From NCBI GenBank assembly GCA_964413845.1, contig CAYPTJ010000008.1, positions 1 to 43,335 of the forward strand: 43,335 bases of DNA, read 5' to 3'. Position 1 is the stretch's first letter. Every line of letters begins with the position of its first letter. This document shows, one piece after another, positions 1 through 7,269 of the stretch. Made by a program: the position numbers and the translations under genes. The notes under the pieces are model-generated. The model was given only the letters and a program-made list of their open reading frames with translations, had not been told where the DNA came from and did not search any database. Source of the DNA: an uncultured Candidatus Saccharibacteria bacterium (GTDB taxonomy: Bacteria > Patescibacteriota > WWE3 > 9FT-COMBO-53-11).

Positions 1-818
1 TCCACTATAAGTTTAGCAAATTCGCGAGGTTTTTCCATCATTATCCCGTGGCGTGTTTTGGGGATGACAAAAAGCTTGGCGTTAGGTAAGAGACTCTGTA
101 ACGCTTTGCAATCAGAGACTCTGGAGGTAGGGTCAAGCTCCCCGGTGATAATCGCTGATTCAGCCGAAACCTTAGACAAAACATTTTCCCAATCTACATC
201 AAGGGTACTTTCATCATTAAGAAGACTAAGCCGGAGGTTACACTGGAGTGAGGCGGGATAGATATGGCTTTCGAATAGATTTCTGTCAAATTTGTAAAGG
301 GCGATTAATTTTGCTCCCCACAGGTTGTACCAGTAATTCTTTTGTGCGGTATTAACTAACCAGAAAAGGGGTGGGGTCCCACGAGTAAACGCAACAAGAT
401 GTCTTGCTAAAGTTCTTCCTCGTTTTCTCCTTAAGAGCGTAACCGGAGGTGAGGCGAGGACAATCTTTTCTACCCTATCCGGATACCTCGCTGCAAAAAG
501 AGGAGCAAGAACTGCCCCCCGAGACTGCCCACAGATACTTACTTTAGGAAGATCCAAACGATCGAGAGCCCCGGCAATAAGAGCACAGAATTTTTCCAAG
601 GTGTTGAAATAACCTTTGCTTGTATCCCATTGAGGTGTGTCAAAGGCAAAAACCTGAAGGTTAGCCTGTTTAATTTCATTAAGAAGGATCTCTTTGGTAA
701 ACGTCTCCCACCAGTTTTTCCAACCCTGGATGATAATCAGAGGCTTTTCGCCTTCACCTAAGCAGGTATAGGTTAAGGGGATTCCGTCAATTTGGAGTGT
801 TTCTTCTTTAATGCTCAT
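1..818 (-). CDS. alpha/beta hydrolase fold protein (3' end runs off the window)
   Basis: Not in the ORF track. Manual translation from ATG at 818 gives MSIKEETLQIDGIPLTYTCLGEGEKPLIIIQGW..., and later a GQSRG (GxSxG) nucleophile motif. Confidence 0.75.
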   Translation of the reverse strand, partial: MSIKEETLQIDGIPLTYTCLGEGEKPLIIIQGWKNWWETFTKEILLNEIKQANLQVFAFDTPQWDTSKGYFNTLEKFCALIAGALDRLDLPKVSICGQSRGAVLAPLFAARYPDRVEKIVLASPPVTLLRRKRGRTLARHLVAFTRGTPPLFWLVNTAQKNYWYNLWGAKLIALYKFDRNLFESHIYPASLQCNLRLSLLNDESTLDVDWENVLSKVSAESAIITGELDPTSRVSDCKALQSLLPNAKLFVIPKTRHGIMMEKPREFAKLIV

Positions 819-892
819 TTGCAGGGATATTTTAGTTTAAGTGCGAGGATGATTCAAATTTCGCTGCCTTTGTCGGTAAATTCTTTGAAATT

Positions 893-932
893 AAAAAGAA
901 AAGCCACCGCTCCTGTGAGAAAATCGGTGGCT
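893..932 (-). terminator. probable intrinsic terminator
   Basis: Stem AGCCACCG/CGGTGGCT followed by a T-rich run on the minus strand, just downstream of ORF 953..1183. Confidence 0.55.
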
Positions 933-952
933 AGAAACGAATGATCTAATGA

Positions 953-1183
953 TCACTTCTTTCTGCCTGGTAAGCTCAAGGCTGGTCTAGTGCCGCGCCA
1001 TGGCCACCCTATAGGCTCTGGACAATTGTTCATGAAATGACGCCGGAACTCTTCGCCTGTTACCGGACCTTCTACGCCCGCTATATTGAATAGGGCTTTC
1101 GCTCCTGCAGGGCAATCACACGGAAGGTCGTTGTTCCCAGTCTCGATTACCCCGGTGTCATTGCACTTTTTGCAAGTCGACAT
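953..1183 (-). CDS. small Cys-rich hypothetical protein
   Basis: 76 aa with CxxC...CxC, AAGGAGG Shine-Dalgarno upstream and a terminator downstream. Confidence 0.65.
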   Translation of the reverse strand: MSTCKKCNDTGVIETGNNDLPCDCPAGAKALFNIAGVEGPVTGEEFRRHFMNNCPEPIGWPWRGTRPALSLPGRKK

Positions 1184-1364
1184 TTTCGTTCCCTCCTTTC
1201 AGGGTTCAAATAACCACGAGTCCCTCGTGGTAGGGTTATCAGAGTACTACGATTCCGATACTATTTGCTATTATAGGATAAATCGGTTTGGAAGTCAAGA
1301 AGCGGTGGTGCCCCTGGCAGGATTCGAACCTACAATCTTCTCCTTATCCCGCCTTTGGCGGGAG

Positions 1365-1464
1365 TAAGGCGTTCGCTTCGCTCACACCCGTTTCCTTCGG
1401 AAATAAGGCGTTCGCTTCGCTCACACCCGTTTCCTTCGGAAATAAGGCGTTCGCTTCGCTCACA
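1365..1464. repeat. tandem repeat, 39-bp unit x ~2.6
   Basis: TAAGGCGTTCGCTTCGCTCACACCCGTTTCCTTCGGAAA at 1365 and 1404, plus a partial copy at 1443. Confidence 0.95.
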
Positions 1465-1495
1465 ACCTTGTCCGCCTCTGGCGGATAGTGATATC

Positions 1496-1571
1496 TGGTG
1501 CCTCCGGCAGGATTTGAACCTGCAATCTTCGCCTTAGAAGGGCGCTGCTCTATCCGTTGAGCTACGGAGGC
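1496..1571 (-). tRNA. tRNA-Arg(TCT), intact, nested inside the outer tRNA-Arg
   Basis: 76-nt cloverleaf, anticodon loop CT-TCT-AA, encoded CCA. Confidence 0.95.
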
Positions 1572-1602
1572 CTAACAGATATCGCGTCGAAGGGAGCTGC
1601 TC

Positions 1603-1622
1603 CCTGCCTGCCGGCAGGCAGG
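1603..1622. repeat. perfect 20-bp palindrome CCTGCCTGCCGGCAGGCAGG
   Basis: Self-reverse-complementary. Variants occur near 6702, 17763 and 27585. Confidence 0.9.
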
Positions 1623-1791
1623 TATCCATTAAGCTACAGGGGCATCCTCATCTATTTTCGAGCTCTGCGAGAAAACAAGCTCTATGCTTATTTTAACGCA
1701 GTTTTGGTAATTTGTGAATTCCTGCGGACGAGGCCCGCAGCATCTTCCATTTCGCTCGCCTGGCTCGTGAAATGTTAAACTGCTCTTGTCA

Positions 1792-3054
1792 ATGGAGTGG
1801 AGGTTGGAAGATCAGGCTTCACCTTATTTTACTTTAGAGCTGCAAACAGCAACCAAGAACGCTTTTCGTGGTGGCAAACCTTTGGGAAGCGCAGAGAAAG
1901 AAACGGCTGTACTTCTTGAGTCATTAATTGATACGGCGCTTTCCTTCAATGCTTCAGATATTCATTTCCAAAATCTTGGCGAGCTAAGAGCAGTTGTGAA
2001 GTTTCGAATCGATGGAGTATTAAGGTTGGTGGTTGAGTTGCCTCCAAACATCTCTGATGGCCTTATCTCAAGGCTTAAATACATTACCCATATGCGGCTT
2101 GGCAGTCCCCTCCCCCAAGATGGAAGGTTTGACGTTAAATACCAAGGCCAAGATGTTGTGATTCGTGTTTCGGTAATGCCAACCCGTCTTGGGGAGGATG
2201 CAACTCTAAGACTTTTAGCTGACATCGCCCGGCCAAAGTCCTTAAGAGATCTGGAGCTACGAAAGCGGGATTTAGAGGTTATCGAAAGAGCGCTCAAACA
2301 ACCTCATGGGATGATCTTAGTCTCAGGTCCAACCAGCTCGGGAAAAACAACCACCCTCTATCTTATGATCGAGCAGATAAACAAGGAAGAGGTTAACATC
2401 TGTACCATTGAAGATCCGATTGAATATGTTATTCCCGGGGTGAGGCAGATGCAAGTTGATTACGCTGCGGGATTAGATTTTGCCCTTGGTTTAAAGGCGA
2501 TTCTCCGCCATGACCCCAATATCATCTTTGTTGGCGAAATTCGCGATAGGGAGACGGTTGCAATCGCCGTTGACGCTGCCTTAACTGGTCAGCTCCTCCT
2601 TTCTTCTGTCCATGCCAACAGCGCCCCCGAAACAATTACAAGATTGAGGGATCTGGGAAGCAGGCCATACCTTATCGCTGCCACTTTAAGTGTTGTTGTC
2701 GGTAAGAGATTGGTACGAAGGATCTGCCCAAATTGCAGAACCAAAACGGAGCCCCACCGTGAAGATGTCGCTCTGGTTAAAGCAGAATACGGCATTGATA
2801 TAAGCAAGCTAAAGGTTTACGAGGGGAGGGGTTGTGAGGCTTGCCAAGGGTCGGGGCACAAGGGAAGGGTAGGTATCTTTGAGGTGTTTAAGGTCTCGGA
2901 GCCCATAAAGGAACTCATCTTGGCTAACGCTCCTGTGAGCAAGATTGTTGATCAAGCCAGAAAAGAAGGTTACACCTCTATGTTCGAAGACGGATTGGAA
3001 AAGGTTAAGGAGGGGATTATCTCTTTACCCAATCTTTTAGCGGCAACGGGTTAG
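1792..3054 (+). CDS. GspE/PilB-family secretion ATPase (short, lacks the N-terminal domain)
   Basis: ASDIH, RIDGVL, Walker A GPTSSGKTTT, TIEDPIEY, LRHDPNIIFVGEIRD and two CxxC motifs. Confidence 0.93.
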   Translation: MEWRLEDQASPYFTLELQTATKNAFRGGKPLGSAEKETAVLLESLIDTALSFNASDIHFQNLGELRAVVKFRIDGVLRLVVELPPNISDGLISRLKYITHMRLGSPLPQDGRFDVKYQGQDVVIRVSVMPTRLGEDATLRLLADIARPKSLRDLELRKRDLEVIERALKQPHGMILVSGPTSSGKTTTLYLMIEQINKEEVNICTIEDPIEYVIPGVRQMQVDYAAGLDFALGLKAILRHDPNIIFVGEIRDRETVAIAVDAALTGQLLLSSVHANSAPETITRLRDLGSRPYLIAATLSVVVGKRLVRRICPNCRTKTEPHREDVALVKAEYGIDISKLKVYEGRGCEACQGSGHKGRVGIFEVFKVSEPIKELILANAPVSKIVDQARKEGYTSMFEDGLEKVKEGIISLPNLLAATG

Positions 3055-3086
3055 GAGTTTACACCGATCCGCCCGAGGCGGAGAGG

Positions 3087-3160
3087 TGGAGCGGGATACG
3101 GGAGTCGAACCCGTCTCTTCAGCTTGGAAAGCTGACGTTGAGCCACTCAACTAATCCCGC
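3087..3160 (-). tRNA. tRNA-Gly(TCC)
   Basis: 74 nt, anticodon arm TCAGC-TT-TCC-AA-GCTGA, ends TCCA. Confidence 0.95.
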
Positions 3161-3218
3161 TCGCCTCTATTTTATCTCAATTATTTGGGAAAGAAAAGGT
3201 GCTTGAGTTGTGCAAGAG

Positions 3219-3794
3219 TTATGGATGGACAAGCTTAAGGAAAATTTTATATGCCGTTCGGGCATCACCCAGGGCACGGTGTTTCTTTCCTCCTTTAATA
3301 CTAAAATGCTCGGCCAGAGCTTGAAGTCGTAGTCTTTTGATCTTGGGATCGTTTAGGGCATAGGCATAAGCGATGGATAAAACATCAAGTCGATGGTAAT
3401 CAAAGGTCCAAGAGATACCGGCGTTTCGGTAAGCAATCTCCAAGAAAGTCCAGTCGAAGGTGATGTTGTGGCCAACCAGCATTGCTCCGGGTGCAAGCTT
3501 ATTTAACTCTTTAAGAACCTGAATTAGTGGCTTTGCTTTCTTCCAAGAGGTAGGAGAAAGACCAGAAAGTTTTAGCGCTTTTTTATCTGCCGTTTCGGGA
3601 TGCTCCGGCTTAACTCTTGTTTGGTATTCTTTTTCAATCTTTAAGGTTTTTCCGCTTACAAGGATGGCTCCTATCTCAATAATTTCATGGCGAGTTGGAT
3701 CAAGCCCTGTTGTTTCTAGGTCAATAAATAGGAGGTTCTGATTGCGGAAGTCGGTTGGAAGATTACTACCAGGGATCTTTCTTACTTGTGGCAT
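3219..3794 (-). CDS. DEDDh 3'-5' exonuclease (DnaQ-like)
   Basis: IDLETTG, GHNITFD and HRALGDA motifs. Confidence 0.9.
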   Translation of the reverse strand: MPQVRKIPGSNLPTDFRNQNLLFIDLETTGLDPTRHEIIEIGAILVSGKTLKIEKEYQTRVKPEHPETADKKALKLSGLSPTSWKKAKPLIQVLKELNKLAPGAMLVGHNITFDWTFLEIAYRNAGISWTFDYHRLDVLSIAYAYALNDPKIKRLRLQALAEHFSIKGGKKHRALGDARTAYKIFLKLVHP

Positions 3795-6397
3795 CAGTTT
3801 GAAATGATAGTCGGGGATCGCGGACTTGAACCGCGGACTTGAACCTCCGACTCGGCAAAAAACCTTTTCTTAACAAACTCTATTGCTCCAAAGTATGAGG
3901 TAAGCACGCAAACAATCCAAACCCATACCAAAGGGGGTAAGAGGGTAAACGCAAATAAGGAGTGGCCAATTTTCAAAAACGGTAATCCCACAACTGCAAG
4001 ACTGGAAAACACGCTCGCGGCAAGGAGCCACCTGCTGGGAGCACTTCTGTAAAACGGAAGGCGTGTCCGAATCGCAAAAGTTACGATCATTTCAGAAAGT
4101 GCAGATTCAACAAACCAAGCAGTACGAAAGACAGAAGGGTCAAGTTTCCAGAGGACAAGAAGGGGAAGGATCAAAGATAAATCAAAAAAGGAGCTAAGAA
4201 GTCCAAAGTAAACCATAAACCGTGCAATCATCTGAATATCCCAACGCCCCGGCTTTCTAATAAACCCCCGATCAACATTGTCGGTTACAATGGTCAATAA
4301 GGGAATATCGCTAATGAAGTTGTTAAGTAAAATTTGAGAGGGTAGCAAGGGGATAAAGCGTAAAAACAAAGAGGAAAGCATTACAGTAAACATATTCCCG
4401 TAATTGGCGCTAATGGTATTGAGAATGTATTTGGTAATGTTTCCAAATGTTTTCCTTCCTGTCTCAATCCCTTTGGCCAAAACTGTCAAATCTTTCTTAA
4501 GAAGGACAATGTCCGCGGCTTCTTTAGCGATCTCTGTACCTGTATCAACTGCAATTCCTACATCAGCCGCCTTTAGGGCAGGAGCGTCATTTACCCCGTC
4601 CCCCAAGAACCCAACGATGTGGCCCTCTTTGGTGAGGCTAACCACAATTTGGTGCTTTTGATCTGGAGTAACGCGGCCAAATAAGTTGTATCTTTTAACA
4701 ACTTCCTCAAATTCTCCCCTTTTTAACTTTGCCAAAATATCGCCTGTGATCACTTCCGAACCACTCGCTAGCAGACCAGTTTCTTTTGCTACCTTCTTTA
4801 CTACGGTGGGACTATCCCCACTTATGACCTTAATCCCCACACCTAGTCTCTCGAGAAACTGTAGGGACTCCATTGCCGTCTTTTTAACTGGATCACTAAA
4901 AAGTAAGTAACCTTCAAAGATTAAGTTTTCTTCTTGAGGGGTGGACTCTGCTGGCTGAAGTTTCCTTTTCGCTAAGGCCATAACACGGTAACCTGATTCC
5001 TCCATCTTCCTAACTTCATGAAGAATGCTTTCTCTGGTGAAGTTATCAATTCTTACTCTCCTCCCTTTCCTCATAACTTGAGTGCTAGCGTCCAGAACAC
5101 TCTCTGTTGCTCCCTTAACGATCATCCACGTATCCTCCTTGCTTCTCACAACCACACTATTTCTTTTTCGCACAGAGTCAAATTCGTTTCGTGCCACAAA
5201 GTGGCATTCCCTTACCTTTTCTTTTAACTTCGTGGCTTTTCTGCTCTCCCAGATCGCTATATCGATGGGGCTTGATGCCGCACCCCTTACTCTATCCTCA
5301 AACCAGCTTGAACAAAGAAGAGCATCAAGGAGAATTTCTTGGTTACTTTTGCCATCTAGATCTAAACTGTCAACCAAAGAAAAAATTCCCTCTGTTAGAA
5401 CCCCGGTTTTGTCGGTACACAGCGTATCAATGTTTCCAAGATCCTCAATTGATATCAAGCGCTTTACGACCACCTTTCTTTTCGCCATCCGCAGGGCTCC
5501 TTGTGACAAAGTAACCGTTGTGATCACTGGTAAAAGCTCTGGGGTAATCCCCACAGCTAAAGCTAAAGCAAACAAAAGCGAGGTAAGAATCCCTTTCCCC
5601 AAAATTGCGTTTGAGGAAAAAACAAATAACGCCATAATAAGAGTCACTCGGAACAGGAAGGCGCTAAATTTCCTTGTTTCCTTTTGGAAGTCAGAGGGAG
5701 GAGCTTTTTCTTCTAATATTTTTACTGTCTTTCCCAAAAAGGTTTGATCTCCTATAGCAGTCACTACCCCTTGCCCAATTCCCGCACTGACAAAGGTACC
5801 CATGAAAGCCATATTGGATAGCTTCTGTGGTTGGGTATACTCCTTGCTAACACTCCCACTTTTCTTAAGAACTGGAAATGATTCACCCGTTAATACTGCC
5901 TCATCTATCATTAAGCCATTACAGGAGAGCAGCCGAATATCTGCCGGAACGCGATTGCCGAGTTGAAGGGACACTATATCCCCGCCTACCAAATCCTGAC
6001 TATTAAGTCTGATCCAACGCCCATCTCTTAGGGCATGTGCTTTGTGGGTGATGTATTTTTTTAACTTTGCCAAGGCTTTTTCGGCTCGATATTCTTGGAA
6101 AAATCCAAGAAAGACACTCAGGATAACGAGGGAGAAGATCACCGCCGCATCAAGCCTTTCTCCTAGCAAATAAGAAATAGCCGTGGCCAAAAGAAGGGTA
6201 ATAATTAGCCAATTTTGAAACTGGAAGATGAGGACTGAAAGAACAGATCTTTGTTCTTTGCCTAAGACCTTATTTGGCCCGTGCTGTCGCAATCGTTCCT
6301 GCGCCTCAACACTTGACAGACCTGATGGTCTAGTAGAGAGATGCTTAAGGACTTCTTTTTCTGACAACGACCAGAGTGGCTTAATTTCCCTTAGCAC
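3794..6397 (-). CDS. mgtA: magnesium-translocating P-type ATPase
   Basis: TGES, AVGITPELLP, DKTGVLT, GDGVND. The SANYGNMF and LPSQILLNN segments fit the P3B (MgtA) subfamily. Confidence 0.85.
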   Translation of the reverse strand: MLREIKPLWSLSEKEVLKHLSTRPSGLSSVEAQERLRQHGPNKVLGKEQRSVLSVLIFQFQNWLIITLLLATAISYLLGERLDAAVIFSLVILSVFLGFFQEYRAEKALAKLKKYITHKAHALRDGRWIRLNSQDLVGGDIVSLQLGNRVPADIRLLSCNGLMIDEAVLTGESFPVLKKSGSVSKEYTQPQKLSNMAFMGTFVSAGIGQGVVTAIGDQTFLGKTVKILEEKAPPSDFQKETRKFSAFLFRVTLIMALFVFSSNAILGKGILTSLLFALALAVGITPELLPVITTVTLSQGALRMAKRKVVVKRLISIEDLGNIDTLCTDKTGVLTEGIFSLVDSLDLDGKSNQEILLDALLCSSWFEDRVRGAASSPIDIAIWESRKATKLKEKVRECHFVARNEFDSVRKRNSVVVRSKEDTWMIVKGATESVLDASTQVMRKGRRVRIDNFTRESILHEVRKMEESGYRVMALAKRKLQPAESTPQEENLIFEGYLLFSDPVKKTAMESLQFLERLGVGIKVISGDSPTVVKKVAKETGLLASGSEVITGDILAKLKRGEFEEVVKRYNLFGRVTPDQKHQIVVSLTKEGHIVGFLGDGVNDAPALKAADVGIAVDTGTEIAKEAADIVLLKKDLTVLAKGIETGRKTFGNITKYILNTISANYGNMFTVMLSSLFLRFIPLLPSQILLNNFISDIPLLTIVTDNVDRGFIRKPGRWDIQMIARFMVYFGLLSSFFDLSLILPLLVLWKLDPSVFRTAWFVESALSEMIVTFAIRTRLPFYRSAPSRWLLAASVFSSLAVVGLPFLKIGHSLFAFTLLPPLVWVWIVCVLTSYFGAIEFVKKRFFAESEVQVRGSSPRSPTIISN
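3810..3852 (-). repeat. att-like duplicate of the 3' half of the outer tRNA-Pro
   Basis: GTCGGGGATCGCGGACTTGAACCGCGGAC (3810-3838) equals 6450-6509 once the 31-bp insert 6469-6499 is removed. Confidence 0.85.
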
Positions 6398-6447
6398 TTT
6401 TTCACTCTTAATCTACACTAAAGCTCAAAAGGAATGGAGGTTATATC

Positions 6448-6748
6448 TGGTCGGGGATCGCGGACTTGTCATGCCAAAGGCAGATCCACCTTTGGTGGAA
6501 ACCGCGGACCTTCCGACTAAATTTTGGTCGGGGTGGAGGGAATTGAACCCACTACTTCTCGGTCCCAAACCGAGCGTTCTACCGATGAACTACACCCCGA
6601 CGAACGTTAGTGAGGCGGGATGCTAGGTTCGCCGCTAGGCGAGCCGTCCACCCCGGAATTGTTATAGGACTGCTCTTAGCCTCCGCCAAAGGCGGATCGC
6701 CCCTGCCTTGCCGGCAGGCAGGTCTGGTGGAAACTGAGCTAATCCCCG
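6448..6748 (-). pseudogene. interrupted outer tRNA-Pro-like gene; anticodon not reconstructable
   Basis: 5' CGGGGATTAGCTCAGTT..GGCTAAGAGCA and 3' GGAAGGTCCGCGGTT|CAAGTCCGCGATCCCCGACCA have complementary acceptor strands. Inserts lie in the D-loop (6682-6731), the T-loop (6469-6499) and the anticodon arm. Confidence 0.75.
6525..6599 (-). tRNA. tRNA-Pro(TGG), intact, nested
   Basis: 75 nt, anticodon arm CTCGG-TT-TGG-GA-CCGAG, CCA end. Confidence 0.95.
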
Positions 6749-6750
6749 TT

Positions 6751-6807
6751 TGCCCCACTGCGCCAAAGCTTCGAGGGGCATCCTTCCGAAGCTTTAGCGA
6801 AGGAGGA
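6751..6807. repeat. palindromic doublet repeat
   Basis: Reverse complement nearly matches 17723-17800, which carries an extra CCTG..CAGG palindrome. Confidence 0.85.
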
Positions 6808-6909
6808 TGGTGGGCGGAGAGGGATTTCCTTCGACCACGCTCAGGATAAACTTCTCATCCCTCCCAGCCATGGTGAGCCTGCCGAATCCATGGTGGGCGG
6901 AGAGGGATT
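6807..6909. mobile_element. miniature element flanked by a 20-bp duplication that includes the tRNA-Leu 3' end
   Basis: ATGGTGGGCGGAGAGGGATT at 6807 and 6890. The interior has TCCTTCGA..GCTCAGGAT and ATGGTGAGCCTGCCGAATCCA. Confidence 0.65.
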
Positions 6910-6977
6910 CGAACCCTCACGCTTTCAACAAGCACGAGATCTTAAGTCTCGCGTGTCTGCCATTTCACCACCCGCCC
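6891..6977 (-). tRNA. tRNA-Leu(TAA)
   Basis: 87 nt with long variable arm, anticodon arm CGAGA-CT-TAA-GA-TCTCG. Confidence 0.95.
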
Positions 6978-7000
6978 GCGGATCCAACGCTCCAGCAAAT

Positions 7001-7234
7001 CTATCTCACTTCCTTGACCTTTATCTCAAATTGCGGAAACAATCCCCGCAGTGCTTTTGTGATCCTTGCTCCTAAGCTAGGGAGTTCTGTTTTGATTTTC
7101 ACAACCAGCGCCTGCACCTCCTTGCTTGAAACCACCTCGCCAAGCTGTGCCGTACCCTTTTTAATCACCCCTGTCATCTCCAGCGGTGCCAAAACCAGCG
7201 CAAGAAGGATGGCTACCAGGATCAGCCGTCTCAT
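7001..7234 (-). CDS. small hypothetical protein with N-terminal signal/TM segment
   Basis: AAAGGAGG SD before ATG at 7234; begins MRRLILVAILLALVLAP. Confidence 0.6.
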   Translation of the reverse strand: MRRLILVAILLALVLAPLEMTGVIKKGTAQLGEVVSSKEVQALVVKIKTELPSLGARITKALRGLFPQFEIKVKEVR

Positions 7235-7269
7235 TTTTATTCCTCCTTTATATTTTATCACAGAGAAAT

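Larger units (their letters stand above)
1347..1588. mobile_element. 242-bp anticodon insert carrying a complete tRNA-Arg(TCT)
   Basis: Plus strand begins TCCCGCCTTTGGCGGGAGTA and ends TCGCGTC, the same termini as the insert at 17467-17596. Confidence 0.65.
1306..1643 (-). tRNA. interrupted outer tRNA-Arg (TCT if split at 35/36; TCG if split at 36/37), possibly a pseudogene
   Basis: Joining 1643-1623, 1602-1589 and 1346-1306 gives the 76-nt GCCCCTGTAGCTTAATGGATAGAGCAGCTCCCTTCTAAGGAGAAGATTGTAGGTTCGAATCCTGCCAGGGGCACCA. Inserts are 1603-1622 (D arm) and 1347-1588 (anticodon). Confidence 0.8.

Noticed and set aside
1365-1464. Possible CRISPR array
   Set aside because: The units are head-to-tail with no unique spacers, and no cas genes are in the window.
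1347-1588. Group I intron explanation for the anticodon inserts (also 17467-17596)
   Set aside because: Read in the tRNA sense, the inserts do not end in G. The Val insert has only 54 nt outside its cargo, too little for a catalytic core. The shared termini are in opposite orientation relative to the two hosts.
1588-1590. Calling the outer gene tRNA-Arg(TCG)
   Set aside because: Possible, but disfavoured. The G at 1588 belongs to the TCGCGTC terminus shared with the Val insert, which leaves TC|T.
1086-1778. Short ORFs over tRNA/repeat regions (also 6228-7319 and 17025-17985)
   Set aside because: They are translations of tRNA genes and palindromes, with no protein motifs.
4404-5747. Long antisense ORFs opposite the P-type ATPases (also 31424-32173)
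   Set aside because: Shadow frames of well-supported genes on the other strand.
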